A stretch of DNA of 64,000 nt from Phycisphaerales bacterium (GTDB taxonomy: Bacteria; Planctomycetota; Phycisphaerae; Phycisphaerales; SM1A02): contig JBGAKK010000020.1 of the NCBI GenBank assembly GCA_044224425.1, positions 1 to 64,000 on the forward strand. The letters are read 5' to 3'. The notes beneath the pieces are model-generated. The model saw only the letters and a program-made list of their open reading frames with translations. It did no database searches and was not told the DNA's origin. Both the position numbers and the translations under genes were made by a program. Positions 47,868 to 58,093 of this stretch are shown in pieces; position 1 is the stretch's first letter; the number at the start of each line of letters is the position of its first letter.

Positions 47868-49826
47868 TCACTTCTCCGTCTTGGCCGGCTCGGGGAGGAC
47901 GGCCGCCGGCTTGGGGGCCACGACGGGTGCCGTCCGGGTCACCGCCACGATCCAGTCGACCATGTCCTGGAGCGCCTTCGGGTCGAAGGTCGTCTCGATC
48001 GAGGCGTACTCCTCGGGCGAACCGGTCTTCGCGGGCTGGAAGAGATGGTTGAGGTGCTCGTAGCGCCGCACGGTGAGCTGGGCCCCGCCGACCTTCGAAG
48101 CCGCCTCGATGAACGGCACGCTCTGGTTGGGGTCGACTTGGGTGTCGAGCTCGCCATGCATGGAGAGGATCGGAATGCGCAGCTCGGCCAGCCAGGCCGC
48201 GGGCTCGTGGGTGAGGAAGGTGACCATCCAGCGGCTTGTCATTTGTTGGACGGTGGCCGGCACGGCCTGCTCGACCGATCCCTCGGGGACCGGTTGGCCC
48301 TGCTTCTTGGCCGCGTCGAACTGCAGGGTGAGCAGCACCTTGGCCTTCTCCTCGAGCGTGGCCTTGTCGGCCTTGGCCACCACCGCCTCGATCAGGTCCT
48401 TCTGGGCGGCGCAGATGCCGTCGATCTCCTGCGGGCTGAGGTGGCCGCTGGCCTCGAGGATCTTCCGCATCTGGAGCTCGAGGATCTTGGCCCCGTTCAC
48501 GCCCGGCCCGGCCAGCAGGACCACGAAGGCGATGGGGTGCTCGGGCTTCTCGCCCTCCCACTGCCACTTGGCGACCATGGGGGCGATGATCCCGCCCTCG
48601 CTGTGGCCAATGATGCCGATCCGGTCGGCGTCGATCTCCGGCTGCGTCTTGAGCCACTCCGAGGCTTCGTCGGCGTCGGTGGCGAAGTCGTCGCTGGTCG
48701 AACTCTCGAAGCTGCCGGTCGAGCCGCCCACACCGCGATCGTCGTAGCGGAGGACGGCGATCCCGGCCCGAGCCAGGGCGTCGGCGATCACCAGGAAGGG
48801 CTTGTGGCCCATGATCGTCTCGTCGCGATCCTGCGGTCCGCTGCCGGTGACCATCACCACCGCCGGGAACTTGGCCGGCGAGTCGGGCTTCCGCTCCGGC
48901 AGGAAGAGCGTCGCGGCGAGCGAATGGCCGAAGCGGTGCCGGATGACGACGTCCCGCGTGCGATAGGGGAACGGCGGCTTGGGGGTCTGCGGGCGGGCGG
49001 TGACCACCGTCGCCTTGTCGGTGACCTTGGTGAGGGTGAAGGGAGCGTTGAAGGTCGCCTGCTGGAAGGTGCCGACCAGCTTGCCGTCGCCTTCCGGCTT
49101 CACCTTGACGATGGCATCGACGCCAAGCGGCGTGACCAGGGTGAAGCCGCCGTCCGCCTCCCTGGTCACCATCACCGGGAATCGGTCGACCCCTTGCAGC
49201 GGGATGTCGAGGCTGCCCACGAAGCCGTCCGCGCCGAGGTCGGCGATGGTGTAGGCCATGGGCAGCTTCTGGCCCATGGCGTCGAGGGTCCCTTCCCAGA
49301 CCGTCTTGTTGGCCGCTTCGCTGGCCTCGGCCGTGGCTCGGAGGTCGAAGGGCACCTCGTTGTCGGTGCCGGCCGGCCCGAGGGCCAAGGTGCCGAGGTA
49401 GTGCTGAAGGTCCTTGCTGATGATTCCGACGAACCGGCCCTCGACGCCGCGGGCGGCGAGCGTCGCGGCCAGTTGGCCGTCCTTGATCCGCGGATTCGAG
49501 CCCGTGCCGCGGACGGCACCCGCAGCGGGCAAGGTGATCTTGATGGCCGGCTCGGCTGGGGTCCCGGTCACGTCGATCCGCACGAAGATCGTGCCGCCCT
49601 TCGCGGCCACGTAGCCCTGCCAGTGGGACGGGATCGGCACGTGGTCGGCGGGCTCGGCCGGAGGCTGGGCCGGCTTCGACTCGGGAGGCGTGGCCGGCGC
49701 CACCGGGGGCGTGACCGGCGCAGGAGGGTCGTCCGCGTGGAGGAGAGCGGTGGCCAGCCCACTCGCCAGCAGGCCCGTGGCGAGCAAGCGAACGGAGAGG
49801 ACGGGGCGCGCACGGAACGTCGGCAC
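47868..49826 (-). CDS. secreted alpha/beta-hydrolase (S9/dienelactone-hydrolase-like)
   Basis: Signal peptide. Nucleophile elbow IGHSEGG. C-terminal catalytic domain preceded by a ~300-aa beta-rich N-domain. Confidence 0.75.
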   Translation of the reverse strand: MPTFRARPVLSVRLLATGLLASGLATALLHADDPPAPVTPPVAPATPPESKPAQPPAEPADHVPIPSHWQGYVAAKGGTIFVRIDVTGTPAEPAIKITLPAAGAVRGTGSNPRIKDGQLAATLAARGVEGRFVGIISKDLQHYLGTLALGPAGTDNEVPFDLRATAEASEAANKTVWEGTLDAMGQKLPMAYTIADLGADGFVGSLDIPLQGVDRFPVMVTREADGGFTLVTPLGVDAIVKVKPEGDGKLVGTFQQATFNAPFTLTKVTDKATVVTARPQTPKPPFPYRTRDVVIRHRFGHSLAATLFLPERKPDSPAKFPAVVMVTGSGPQDRDETIMGHKPFLVIADALARAGIAVLRYDDRGVGGSTGSFESSTSDDFATDADEASEWLKTQPEIDADRIGIIGHSEGGIIAPMVAKWQWEGEKPEHPIAFVVLLAGPGVNGAKILELQMRKILEASGHLSPQEIDGICAAQKDLIEAVVAKADKATLEEKAKVLLTLQFDAAKKQGQPVPEGSVEQAVPATVQQMTSRWMVTFLTHEPAAWLAELRIPILSMHGELDTQVDPNQSVPFIEAASKVGGAQLTVRRYEHLNHLFQPAKTGSPEEYASIETTFDPKALQDMVDWIVAVTRTAPVVAPKPAAVLPEPAKTEK

Positions 49827-49873
49827 GAATCACCTCCACGCGGCGATCCGCCGCGGACGGTTCGGGTCGCCGC

Positions 49874-50245
49874 TCAGCTCGGGTCGTACTCGATCCGCTG
49901 GGCGATCCGGTTGTCGCTGGTGCAAAGGACCACCTTCGGGCGGTGGGTCCGCATCTCTTCTTCGGTCATCAAGGCGAAACTCATCACCAGGACGACATGG
50001 CCGACGCCGGTCAGCTTGGCTGCCGCCCCGTTCACCCCGATCACCCCGCTCCCCCGCTCACCCTTGAAGACGTAGGTCTCGAAGCGGTTGGCGTTGTCCA
50101 CGTCGGCCACCAGGACCTTCTCGTTCAGACGGATGCCGGTGGCATCGAGCAGGTCGGGGTCGATGGTGATCGACCCCATGTAGTCCGGGCTGCACTGGGT
50201 GACCGTGGCCCGGTGGATCTTGGCGTAGAGGACCTCGCGGAGCAT
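49874..50245 (-). CDS. panD: aspartate 1-decarboxylase
   Basis: MLREVLYAKIHRATVTQ..YMGSITID.. including the pyruvoyl-forming G-S site. Confidence 0.9.
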   Translation of the reverse strand: MLREVLYAKIHRATVTQCSPDYMGSITIDPDLLDATGIRLNEKVLVADVDNANRFETYVFKGERGSGVIGVNGAAAKLTGVGHVVLVMSFALMTEEEMRTHRPKVVLCTSDNRIAQRIEYDPS

Positions 50246-50290
50246 CGTCGTGGGTCAAGCGTATGCGAGCGAAGGGGCTCGCAGGGGTGC

Positions 50291-50815
50291 TCAGTCCGAC
50301 TCCGACGCCCGACGGGTCGAGCGGCGCGGGGCCTTGGAGGTCTTGGCCGGAGGCTTGGCCGAGCTGTTGGCGGGCGTCTCGACCTCCTCGGCGGGCGACG
50401 CCTTCGCGGTCGCCGCTCCACCCTTGGGCGTGGTGCCGGCCGGCCGCCGCCACTCGACGCGGCTCGCGTTCGCGTACATCAGCTCGAGGTCGTAGTAGAG
50501 CCGCTGGTCGGGCTCGAAGAGATGCACCACGACGTCGACGCAATCGACCACGATCCAGGTCGTGCCCTGATCGCGGCTCGAGCGGAAGGGCGGGAAGCCC
50601 ATCGACGCCCCGAGGTCCTCGACCTCCTGGGCCACCGACCGCATCTGCCGCTGGCTGGTGCCGGAGCCGATCGCCACGTAGTCCGAGACCTGGCTGTGTC
50701 CACGGACGTCGAGGAGGACGACCTCGGTGCACTTGCGGTCATGGAGCAGCCGAGCCGCCTCGACCGCAAAGGCGAGGAGCTTCTCGGGGTCGCTGTTGGA
50801 GTGCGTACGGCTCAC
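50291..50815 (-). CDS. rsfS: ribosomal silencing factor RsfS (Iojap/DUF143)
   Basis: ..CTEVVLLDVRGHSQVSDYVAIGSGTSQRQMRSVAQEV..WIVVDCVDVVVHLF.., with a Pro/Ala/Lys-rich C-terminal tail. Confidence 0.85.
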   Translation of the reverse strand: MSRTHSNSDPEKLLAFAVEAARLLHDRKCTEVVLLDVRGHSQVSDYVAIGSGTSQRQMRSVAQEVEDLGASMGFPPFRSSRDQGTTWIVVDCVDVVVHLFEPDQRLYYDLELMYANASRVEWRRPAGTTPKGGAATAKASPAEEVETPANSSAKPPAKTSKAPRRSTRRASESD

Positions 50816-50918
50816 GGTGTGCTATCGACGGCCTTGCCTGGGACGGGGACGACGACCTCGCCGGGCGGGCGAGATGGCCACGTCCGAGGCCCGCTCCGAT
50901 GGCTGGGACGAGGAGGAC

Positions 50919-51248
50919 TCAGCGGCCGCGGCCGCCGAACCCACCCGGACGGCCACCGCCGCTCCGGCCACCCGCGCTCCGACCGCCGCTGCGGCCACCG
51001 CCGCTCCGGCCGCCCGGACCGCCGCTCGAACTGCCGCCGCTCTTGCCGCCGCGCTGCGGCCGCATGGGGCGCATGGTCCCGCGGGTCTCGTTCTTCCGCA
51101 TGTCGCGGCGCCGACGCTCGGAGGGCTTCTCGTAGTACTGCTTGCGCTTGATGTCCTTGGTGAGGCCTTCCTTCTCGCAGAGCTTCTTGAAGCGACGGAG
51201 CATCTGCTCGGCGGTCTCGCCGGCGCGGGCCTTGATTCGAATGGCCAT
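50919..51248 (-). CDS. rpsU: 30S ribosomal protein S21 with Gly/Arg-rich C-terminal extension
   Basis: MAIRIKARAGETAEQMLRRFKKLCEKEGLTKDIKRKQYYEKPSERRRR.., followed by ~50 aa of RGG/GGR repeats. Confidence 0.8.
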   Translation of the reverse strand: MAIRIKARAGETAEQMLRRFKKLCEKEGLTKDIKRKQYYEKPSERRRRDMRKNETRGTMRPMRPQRGGKSGGSSSGGPGGRSGGGRSGGRSAGGRSGGGRPGGFGGRGR

Positions 51249-51442
51249 GCAGTGAACCTTCCCTAGTCGGTGGGGGGACCGATACCGGTCCCCGATCTGG
51301 TCCGGCCCGCCTCCGGGTTGCGTGGGGCGGACGGACGCGGTTGGACGTGCGAAAATCGAGCCGCACAGTAGACCCGAAGGGGCGACGATTCGCAAGACCA
51401 AAGGCCGCCCCCCTTTCCCCGATCCTGCCACCCCCCCCTCCC

Positions 51443-52135
51443 ATGCCACTCCTGATCGACGCCTTCAACTGCCTCCACGTGACCGGGGTCCTGCCCCCCG
51501 ACGTCGCGGGTCTCGATCTGGAGGATCTGGCGGGGCTGGTGGCCCGCAGCCGCTATGGCCGGGAGGAGGTCTGGATCGTCTGCGACGGGGCCAAGCCTCC
51601 CGCCGCTCCGGCCAGCCGGCCCGGCGGGATCTTCACCTGGGCCGGCGCCGGGGCCACCGCGGACGACCTCCTGATCGGGTTGGTCCAGCGGTCGTCGGCC
51701 CCGCGGACCTTGACCGTCGTGACCAGCGATCGGGCCATCGCCAAAGCGGTGCGGCGGCGTGGGGCGTCGGTCGTCTCGAGCGAGGACTTCCTGCGGACCC
51801 TCTCCGCCGACCACGCTGCAGCCAGACCGACTCGCCGCCCCGAGCCCCGGAAACCCGAGGTTCCGTTGGCCTCGCGGGACGTCTGGGAGTGGCTCCAGAT
51901 CTTCGGCCTCGGCCCGGCCGAGCGGGCGATCGAGGGCAGCAGCTCCCCCAAGGCGCCGCGGGCTGTGCCCAAGACTGCCAGCCCGAAGCCGACCCCCCAA
52001 CGGCGCATCGCGAACTTCCGCGACCTCGAGGGGATCGACCTGGCGGACTTCGACATGGCTGAGCTGCTGCGGGGCACGCCTCCGCCTCGCTCCGGTCCAC
52101 GGGCCCCGCGTCGGAGCCGGCGCGACCGAGGCTGA
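51443..52135 (+). CDS. NYN/PIN-like RNA-binding protein (YacP family)
   Basis: Start MPLLIDAFNCLHV... Acidic residues typical of the NYN nuclease fold (..VWIVCDG..). Basic/Pro-rich C-terminal tail. Confidence 0.7.
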   Translation: MPLLIDAFNCLHVTGVLPPDVAGLDLEDLAGLVARSRYGREEVWIVCDGAKPPAAPASRPGGIFTWAGAGATADDLLIGLVQRSSAPRTLTVVTSDRAIAKAVRRRGASVVSSEDFLRTLSADHAAARPTRRPEPRKPEVPLASRDVWEWLQIFGLGPAERAIEGSSSPKAPRAVPKTASPKPTPQRRIANFRDLEGIDLADFDMAELLRGTPPPRSGPRAPRRSRRDRG

Positions 52136-52418
52136 GGGCGACTCCTCCAGCAAGCCCGATATCCAAGCACCATGGGGCAGTAGCCTCCCTGCCCTCGGCG
52201 ACGACGCGCAGAGCCAATCTCTGAAGTCCGGTCGTTGTTTTCATTCCCATGGCGAGGAACCGCTGGCCCCACGGGAACTTCGTGGAACAATCTCCCCGTC
52301 CTTGAGTTGGAGAGCTCGGGGACCCGGGCAACCGGTGCGTCGTCGGTGGCGAGGAGCGGACCTACGGGTCTGCCTCTGCGCCTGGTACGTGGGTCAACCA
52401 ACCGTAGTAGAGGTAGAC

Positions 52419-55073
52419 ATGAAGAAGATGATTCGTGGTGGCGCGCCCATCGCGGCCACCTTGGCCGCTGTGATGGCGGCCTCGATCGGCAGCAGCACGC
52501 TGGCCGGCGGAGTGAATCCCGAGTGGTCGATCGCCCGCCAGTGGGACGAGGAGATCCTGTTCGCGATCCGCCTGAGCACACCGCGGCCGCCGGTGCACGC
52601 CCGAAACCTCTACCACCACTCGGCCGCCCTCTACGACGCGTGGGCCACCTACGACCCGACCGCCCGCGGCGTCTACTTCCACGAGAAGCACACCGCCAAG
52701 GACCTCGCTGCCGCCCGGCGGGAGGCCATGTCCTACGCCGCCTACCGCGTCCTGAAGGCCCGCTTCGTGGCCGGCAACGGCCCCAACATCGCCCAGATCC
52801 AGGCCGACTTCGACCAACTGTTTGCTGATCTCGGCTACGACAAGAACTTCACCTCGACGGTCGGCGACACGCCGGCTGCGATCGGCAACCGCGTGGCGGC
52901 GACGATCCTCGGCATGACCATCGGCGACGGCTCGAACGAAGCCGGCAACTACGCGCCGACCAATGGCTACCACCCGGTGAACCTGTCGATGCCGTTCAAG
53001 ATCCCCGGCTGCATCATGCAGCAGCCGAGCCACTGGCAGCCGCTCGCCTTCGACTTCCTCGTCCTCCAGAACGGCGAGATCGTCGGGGCCAGCATCCAGC
53101 AGGCGATCTGCCCGCACTGGGCATCGGTCATGCCGTTCGGCATGATCTCCGCCGAGCGCAACCCGACCACCGGCGTCTGGCACGACCAGGGCACGCCGCC
53201 CGGGCTCGGCAGCCCGATCTTCGTCGACGACGCGGTCGACATGATCGTCAAGAGCGCCAAGATGGACCCCCGCCTCAGCGAGACGATCGACATCTCGCCG
53301 GGCGTCTACCACAACAGCCCGCTCGGCAGCTACGACCAGCCCGGCTACGGCCTCAACCCCGTCACCGGCCAGCCCTACGCCCCCGATGTGGTCAATCTCG
53401 GCGACTACACCCGCGTCCTCGCCGAGTTCTGGGCCGACGGCCCCGACTCGGAGACACCGCCCGGCCACTGGCACGTGGTGGCCAACGAGGTCTCCGACTC
53501 GCCCGGCGTCGACTTCCGGATCGGCGGCGAGGGCGCGGTGGTCGATCGCCTCGAGTGGGACACCAAGATGTACCTCTCGGTCGCCGGCGCCGCCCATGAC
53601 GCCGCGATCAGCGCCTGGGGTCACAAGGGCAAGTACGACTCGGCCCGGCCCATCTCCTTCGTCCGTTACCTCGGCGGCCTCGGCCAGTCGAGCGACCCGA
53701 ACCAGCCTCACTACAACGCCAACGGCCTGCCGCTCGTCCCCGATCTCATCGAGGTCATCCAGCCCGAGGACGTCCTCCCCGGCGGACGCTTCGAGGACTT
53801 CCCCGAGCTCGTCTACGACCCGCTCTTCGGCGAACCGATCGGCGTCGACACCCACGTCGGTGAGCTGGCTGTGAAGTCGTGGCTCGGCGGCTTCAGCGCC
53901 GGTGCCACCACCGGCAGCGTGACCACCGGCCCGCTCCCCGGCCACGTGCGTCGCGGGACCAAGGGGGCGTGGAGCATCGCCGGCTTCGACCTCGGCGTGG
54001 ATGACACCGCGGGCTCGCTCAATCCCGGCCAGAAGGCTGCTCCGCGCACCATCCAGATCAACGAGATCCGGCTCGACCAGCCGGGCAACGACAGCGACGA
54101 GTACATCGAGCTCGCCGGGCCGCCCGGCACCTCGCTCAACGGCCTGACCTACATCGTCATCGGCGACGAGGTGCAGAGCGGCGTCCCCGACTCACAAGGC
54201 CACATCCAGGTCGTGGTCAGCCTTGACGGCAAGTCGATCGGTCCGAACGGGACCTTCCTCATCGCCAAGAACAACTTCTCGCTGGGAAGCGCCGACCTCA
54301 CCACGCACTTCGTCCTGAAGGAAATCGGCAACTGCACCCACATGCTGGTCGGCGGCTTCACCGGCTACCTCGGCGAGGAACTCGACTTCCTCGACAACGG
54401 CGTCCTCGACATCGAGCCGTGGACGGCGATCGTCGACTCGCTCGCCCTGCGGCGCAAGCCCGGCACCGTCGGCATCTACTCCGCGACCGTGCTCGGGCCG
54501 GACGACTCGCGGAACCAGACCTACGGCGTGGGTTGGGCCCCCGTCGACCGCTGGATGCCGTACCAGGCGTCGAACTTCGTGACCCCGCCCTTCCCGGGGT
54601 ACATCTCGGGCCACAGCACTTTCAGCCGGGCCACGGCCCGGGCCCTCGCCACCTTCACCGGCAGCGATTTCTTCCCCGGCGGCTTCCACACCTGGACCAT
54701 GCCCGCCGGCTGGCTCAAGTTTGAGCACGGCCCGAACGCTCCGATCGAACTCCAGTGGGCGAGCTACTTCGACGCCTCGGACGAGTCGGGCGTGTCGCGC
54801 CTCTGGGGTGGCATCCATCCCCGCGTCGACGATCTGCCGGCCCGCTTGGTGGGTGACACGATCGGCAAGCGGGCGTCGAACCGGGCCTTGGCCCTTTTCA
54901 GCGGCCTCGCCAGTTCCCCGGACATCGACCTGGACGGCTCGGTCGGAGCGACCGACCTGGCGATCCTGTTGGGCGCTTGGGGCGGAAACAGCCTGAGCGG
55001 CGCTGACCTCGACGGCGACGGCACGGTCGGCCCGGCCGACCTTGCCATCCTGCTCGGAGGCTGGGGTTCCTGA
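52419..55073 (+). CDS. secreted PAP2-superfamily / vanadium-haloperoxidase-like protein with inserted lamin-tail (LTD) domain and C-terminal dockerin-like repeats
   Basis: Signal peptide MKKMIRGGAPIAATLAAVMAASIGSSTLAGG. PAP2/VHPO signature K..SARP ... PGYISGHSTFS ... SRLWGGIHPRVDD. LTD block RTIQINEIRLDQPGNDSDEYIELAGPPGTSL. C-terminus DLDGSVGATDLAILLGAWG / DLDGDGTVGPADLAILLGGWG. Confidence 0.75.
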   Translation: MKKMIRGGAPIAATLAAVMAASIGSSTLAGGVNPEWSIARQWDEEILFAIRLSTPRPPVHARNLYHHSAALYDAWATYDPTARGVYFHEKHTAKDLAAARREAMSYAAYRVLKARFVAGNGPNIAQIQADFDQLFADLGYDKNFTSTVGDTPAAIGNRVAATILGMTIGDGSNEAGNYAPTNGYHPVNLSMPFKIPGCIMQQPSHWQPLAFDFLVLQNGEIVGASIQQAICPHWASVMPFGMISAERNPTTGVWHDQGTPPGLGSPIFVDDAVDMIVKSAKMDPRLSETIDISPGVYHNSPLGSYDQPGYGLNPVTGQPYAPDVVNLGDYTRVLAEFWADGPDSETPPGHWHVVANEVSDSPGVDFRIGGEGAVVDRLEWDTKMYLSVAGAAHDAAISAWGHKGKYDSARPISFVRYLGGLGQSSDPNQPHYNANGLPLVPDLIEVIQPEDVLPGGRFEDFPELVYDPLFGEPIGVDTHVGELAVKSWLGGFSAGATTGSVTTGPLPGHVRRGTKGAWSIAGFDLGVDDTAGSLNPGQKAAPRTIQINEIRLDQPGNDSDEYIELAGPPGTSLNGLTYIVIGDEVQSGVPDSQGHIQVVVSLDGKSIGPNGTFLIAKNNFSLGSADLTTHFVLKEIGNCTHMLVGGFTGYLGEELDFLDNGVLDIEPWTAIVDSLALRRKPGTVGIYSATVLGPDDSRNQTYGVGWAPVDRWMPYQASNFVTPPFPGYISGHSTFSRATARALATFTGSDFFPGGFHTWTMPAGWLKFEHGPNAPIELQWASYFDASDESGVSRLWGGIHPRVDDLPARLVGDTIGKRASNRALALFSGLASSPDIDLDGSVGATDLAILLGAWGGNSLSGADLDGDGTVGPADLAILLGGWGS

Positions 55074-55098
55074 CCCTTCCCTCCGCGTCCCCGACCTC

Positions 55099-55128
55099 GA
55101 GCCCCGGCCCAGGCCGGGGCTTTTTTTT
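55099..55128 (+). terminator. intrinsic terminator
   Basis: gagccccggcc-cag-gccggggc followed by tttttttt. Confidence 0.6.
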
Positions 55129-55375
55129 CACCTTCCGGCGAGGAACCGAAGGACCTAACCCGCATCCGCAACAGGCCGCCTCTTCTCTGCTTCCATCCCA
55201 AGGAACCTCTGGCTTCACAGAGAGTTGGTGGAAGAATGCCAACGATCGCGGAATGTGGATCCGCGATCGTTGCCGGGAGCCCGACACAGCCTGCGCCGTC
55301 ACCCTTGGAGAGGGGTGGAGGGCGGGCTGCGCGTCGGTCCGGCTTCGTGGGTTCCTTTCTTACTAGAGGTGTGGA

Positions 55376-58003
55376 ATGAAGAAGCTGACAAGTGGCGCTG
55401 CGCTCCTTGCCGCTGCAGTCGCGGCAAACGTGTTCGCAGGCGGCGTCAACCCCGAGTGGTCGATCGCCCGCCAATGGGATGAGGAGATCCTGCAGGCGAT
55501 CCGGATCTCGACGCCGCGGCCCGCCGGTGCGCCCGCAACCTGTATCACGCGTCGGCGGCGATGTACGACGGCTGGGCGACGTACGACCCGACCGCCCGCG
55601 GCGCGTCCTTTCTCGAGAAGCACACGGCGAAGGACGTCGAGGCCGCCCGGCGCGAGACGATCTCCTACGCCGCGTATCGCGTCCTGAAGGCCCGCTTCGT
55701 GGCCGGCAACGGCCCGAACATCGCGACCATCCAGGCCAATCTCGACGCCCTGTTCCTGCAACTGGGATACGACAAGAACTTCACCTCGACGGTGGGCGAC
55801 ACGCCGGCGGCGATCAGCAACCGCATCGCGGCGGCGATCCCTCGCGGCGGGCATACCGACGACTTCGAACAAGGCCGGCAACTACGCCCCGAACAACGGC
55901 TACGTGCCGATCAACACCTCGCTGCCCTTCAAGATCCCGGGCTGCATCATGCAGCAGCCGAGCCACTGGCAGCCGCTCGCCTTCGACTTCCTCGTCCTCC
56001 AGAACGGCGAGATCGTCGGGGCCAGCATCCAGTCCGCGATCTGCCCGCACTGGGCCGGCGTCACGCCCTTCGCGATGAACCTGCTCGACCGTAACCCGGC
56101 CACGGGTGTGTGGAACGACCAGGGCACGCCGCCCGGACTTGGCAACCCGATCTTCGTGGACGACGCCGTCGACATGATCGCCAAGAGCGCGAAGATGGAC
56201 CCGCGGCAGGAGGAGACGATCGACATCTCGCCGGGCGTCTACCACAACAGCCCGCTCGGCAGCTACGAGCAGCCTGGCTACGGCCTCAACCCGGTCACCG
56301 GGCAGCCCTATCCGTCGCACGTCGTCAAGCTCTCCGACTACTCGCGCGTCCTCGCCGAGTTCTTCGCCGACGGCCCCGACTCCGAGACCCCGCCCGGCCA
56401 CTGGCACGTCATCGCCAACGACGTTGCCGACACCACCGGCTTCGTCTACCAGGTCGGCGGCACGGGCGACGAGGTCGAGCGGCTGGAGTGGGACGTCAAG
56501 ATGTACCTCTCGATCGCCGGCGCCGCCCACGACGCCGCGATCACCGCCTGGGGCCACAAGGGCAAGTACGACTCGGCCCGGCCCATCTCCTTCGTCCGTT
56601 ACCTCGGCGGCCTCGGCCAGTCGAGCGACCCGAACCAGCCGCACTACAACGCCAACGGCTTGCCGCTGGTGCCCGACCTCATCGAGGTCATCCAGCCCGA
56701 GGACGTCCTCCCCGGCGGACGCTTCGAGGACTTCCCCGAGCTCGTCTACGACCCGCTCTTCGGCGAGCCGATCGGCGTCGACACCCACGTCGGTGAGCTG
56801 GCCGTGAAGTCGTGGCTCGGCGGCTTCAATGCCGGCACCACCACCGGCAGCGTGACCACCGGCCCGCTCCCCGGCCACGTCCAGCGCGGGGCCAAGGGTG
56901 CCTGGTCGATCGGGGCCTTCGAGCTCGGCGTCGACGACACCCCTGGCTCGCTCAATCCCGGCCAGAAGGCCGCTCCTCGCACCGTCCAGATCAACGAGAT
57001 CCGGCTCGACCAGCCGGGCAACGACAGCGACGAGTACGTCGAGCTGGTCGGCCCGCCGGGGACCTCGCTCAACGGCCTCAGCTACATCGTCCTTGGCGAC
57101 GAGGTGCAGACCGGCGTGCCCGACTCGCAGGGCCACGTCCAGGTCGTGATCAGCCTCGACGGCAAAGCGATCGGCCCGAACGGGACCTTCGTGATCGGGA
57201 AGACCAACTTCTCGCTCGGCACCGCCGACCTCACCACGCACTTCGTGTTCAAGGAGATCGGGAACTGCACCCACCTCCTGGTGAGCGGCTTCACCGGCTA
57301 CCTGGGCCAGGAGCTCGACTTCCTCGACAACGGCGTCCTCGACATCACCCCGTGGACCTCGATCGTCGACTCGCTCGCCCTGCGGCGCAAGCCGGGCACC
57401 ATCGGGATCTACGCGACGACCGTGCTTGGACCGGACATCTCGAACCACCAGCTCTACGGCGTGGACTGGATGCTCGTCGACCGCTGGATGCCGTACCAGG
57501 CCTCGAACTTCGTGACCCCACCCTTCCCCGGCTTCACCTCGGGCCACAGCACCTTCAGCCGGGCCACGGCACGGGCCCTCTCCGAGATCACCGGCAGCCC
57601 GTACTTCCCGGGTGGCCTCGCGGTGTACGAGATCCCGACCACCTGGCTCAAGTTCGAGAAGGGCCCGTCGCAGCCGCTCGAACTGCAGTGGGCGAGCTAC
57701 TACGACGCTTCGGATGAGGCGGCCGTCTCCCGGCTCTGGGGTGGCATCCACCCGCGGACCGACGACCTCCCGGCCCGCGTGACGGGCGACCATGTCGGCA
57801 AGCGGGCATGGGCTCGCGCCGCAGCCCTCTTTGCCGGGCTCGCCAACTCGCCGGACATCGATCTCGACGGCTCGATCGGTGCGGCTGACCTCGCCCTCTT
57901 CCTCGGCATGTGGGGCGGCAACGGACAGTCGGGCGGCGACTTCGACGGCGACGGCACGGTCGGCCCGGCCGACCTGGCCATCCTGCTCGGCAACTGGGGT
58001 TGA
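55376..58003 (+). pseudogene. tandem paralog of 52419..55073 (VHPO-like/LTD/dockerin), disrupted by two frameshifts
   Basis: About 85-90% aa identity to copy 1, but read across three frames: 55376.. then 55561.. (-1 near 55530) then 55904.. (+1 near 55860-55900). The catalytic SGHSTFS/SRLWGGIHPR block is intact in the last frame. Confidence 0.55.
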
Positions 58004-58050
58004 TCCACACCGACCGCTTGAAGCCCGCCACGGGCTCCTCGTGCGGAATC

Positions 58051-58080
58051 GAGCCCCGGCCGCAAGGCCGGGGCTTTTCC
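58051..58080 (+). terminator. intrinsic terminator
   Basis: gagccccggcc-gcaa-ggccggggc followed by ttttcc. Third occurrence of the same stem sequence seen at 4865 and 55099. Confidence 0.5.
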
Positions 58081-58093
58081 TTGGCCGGCCCGT

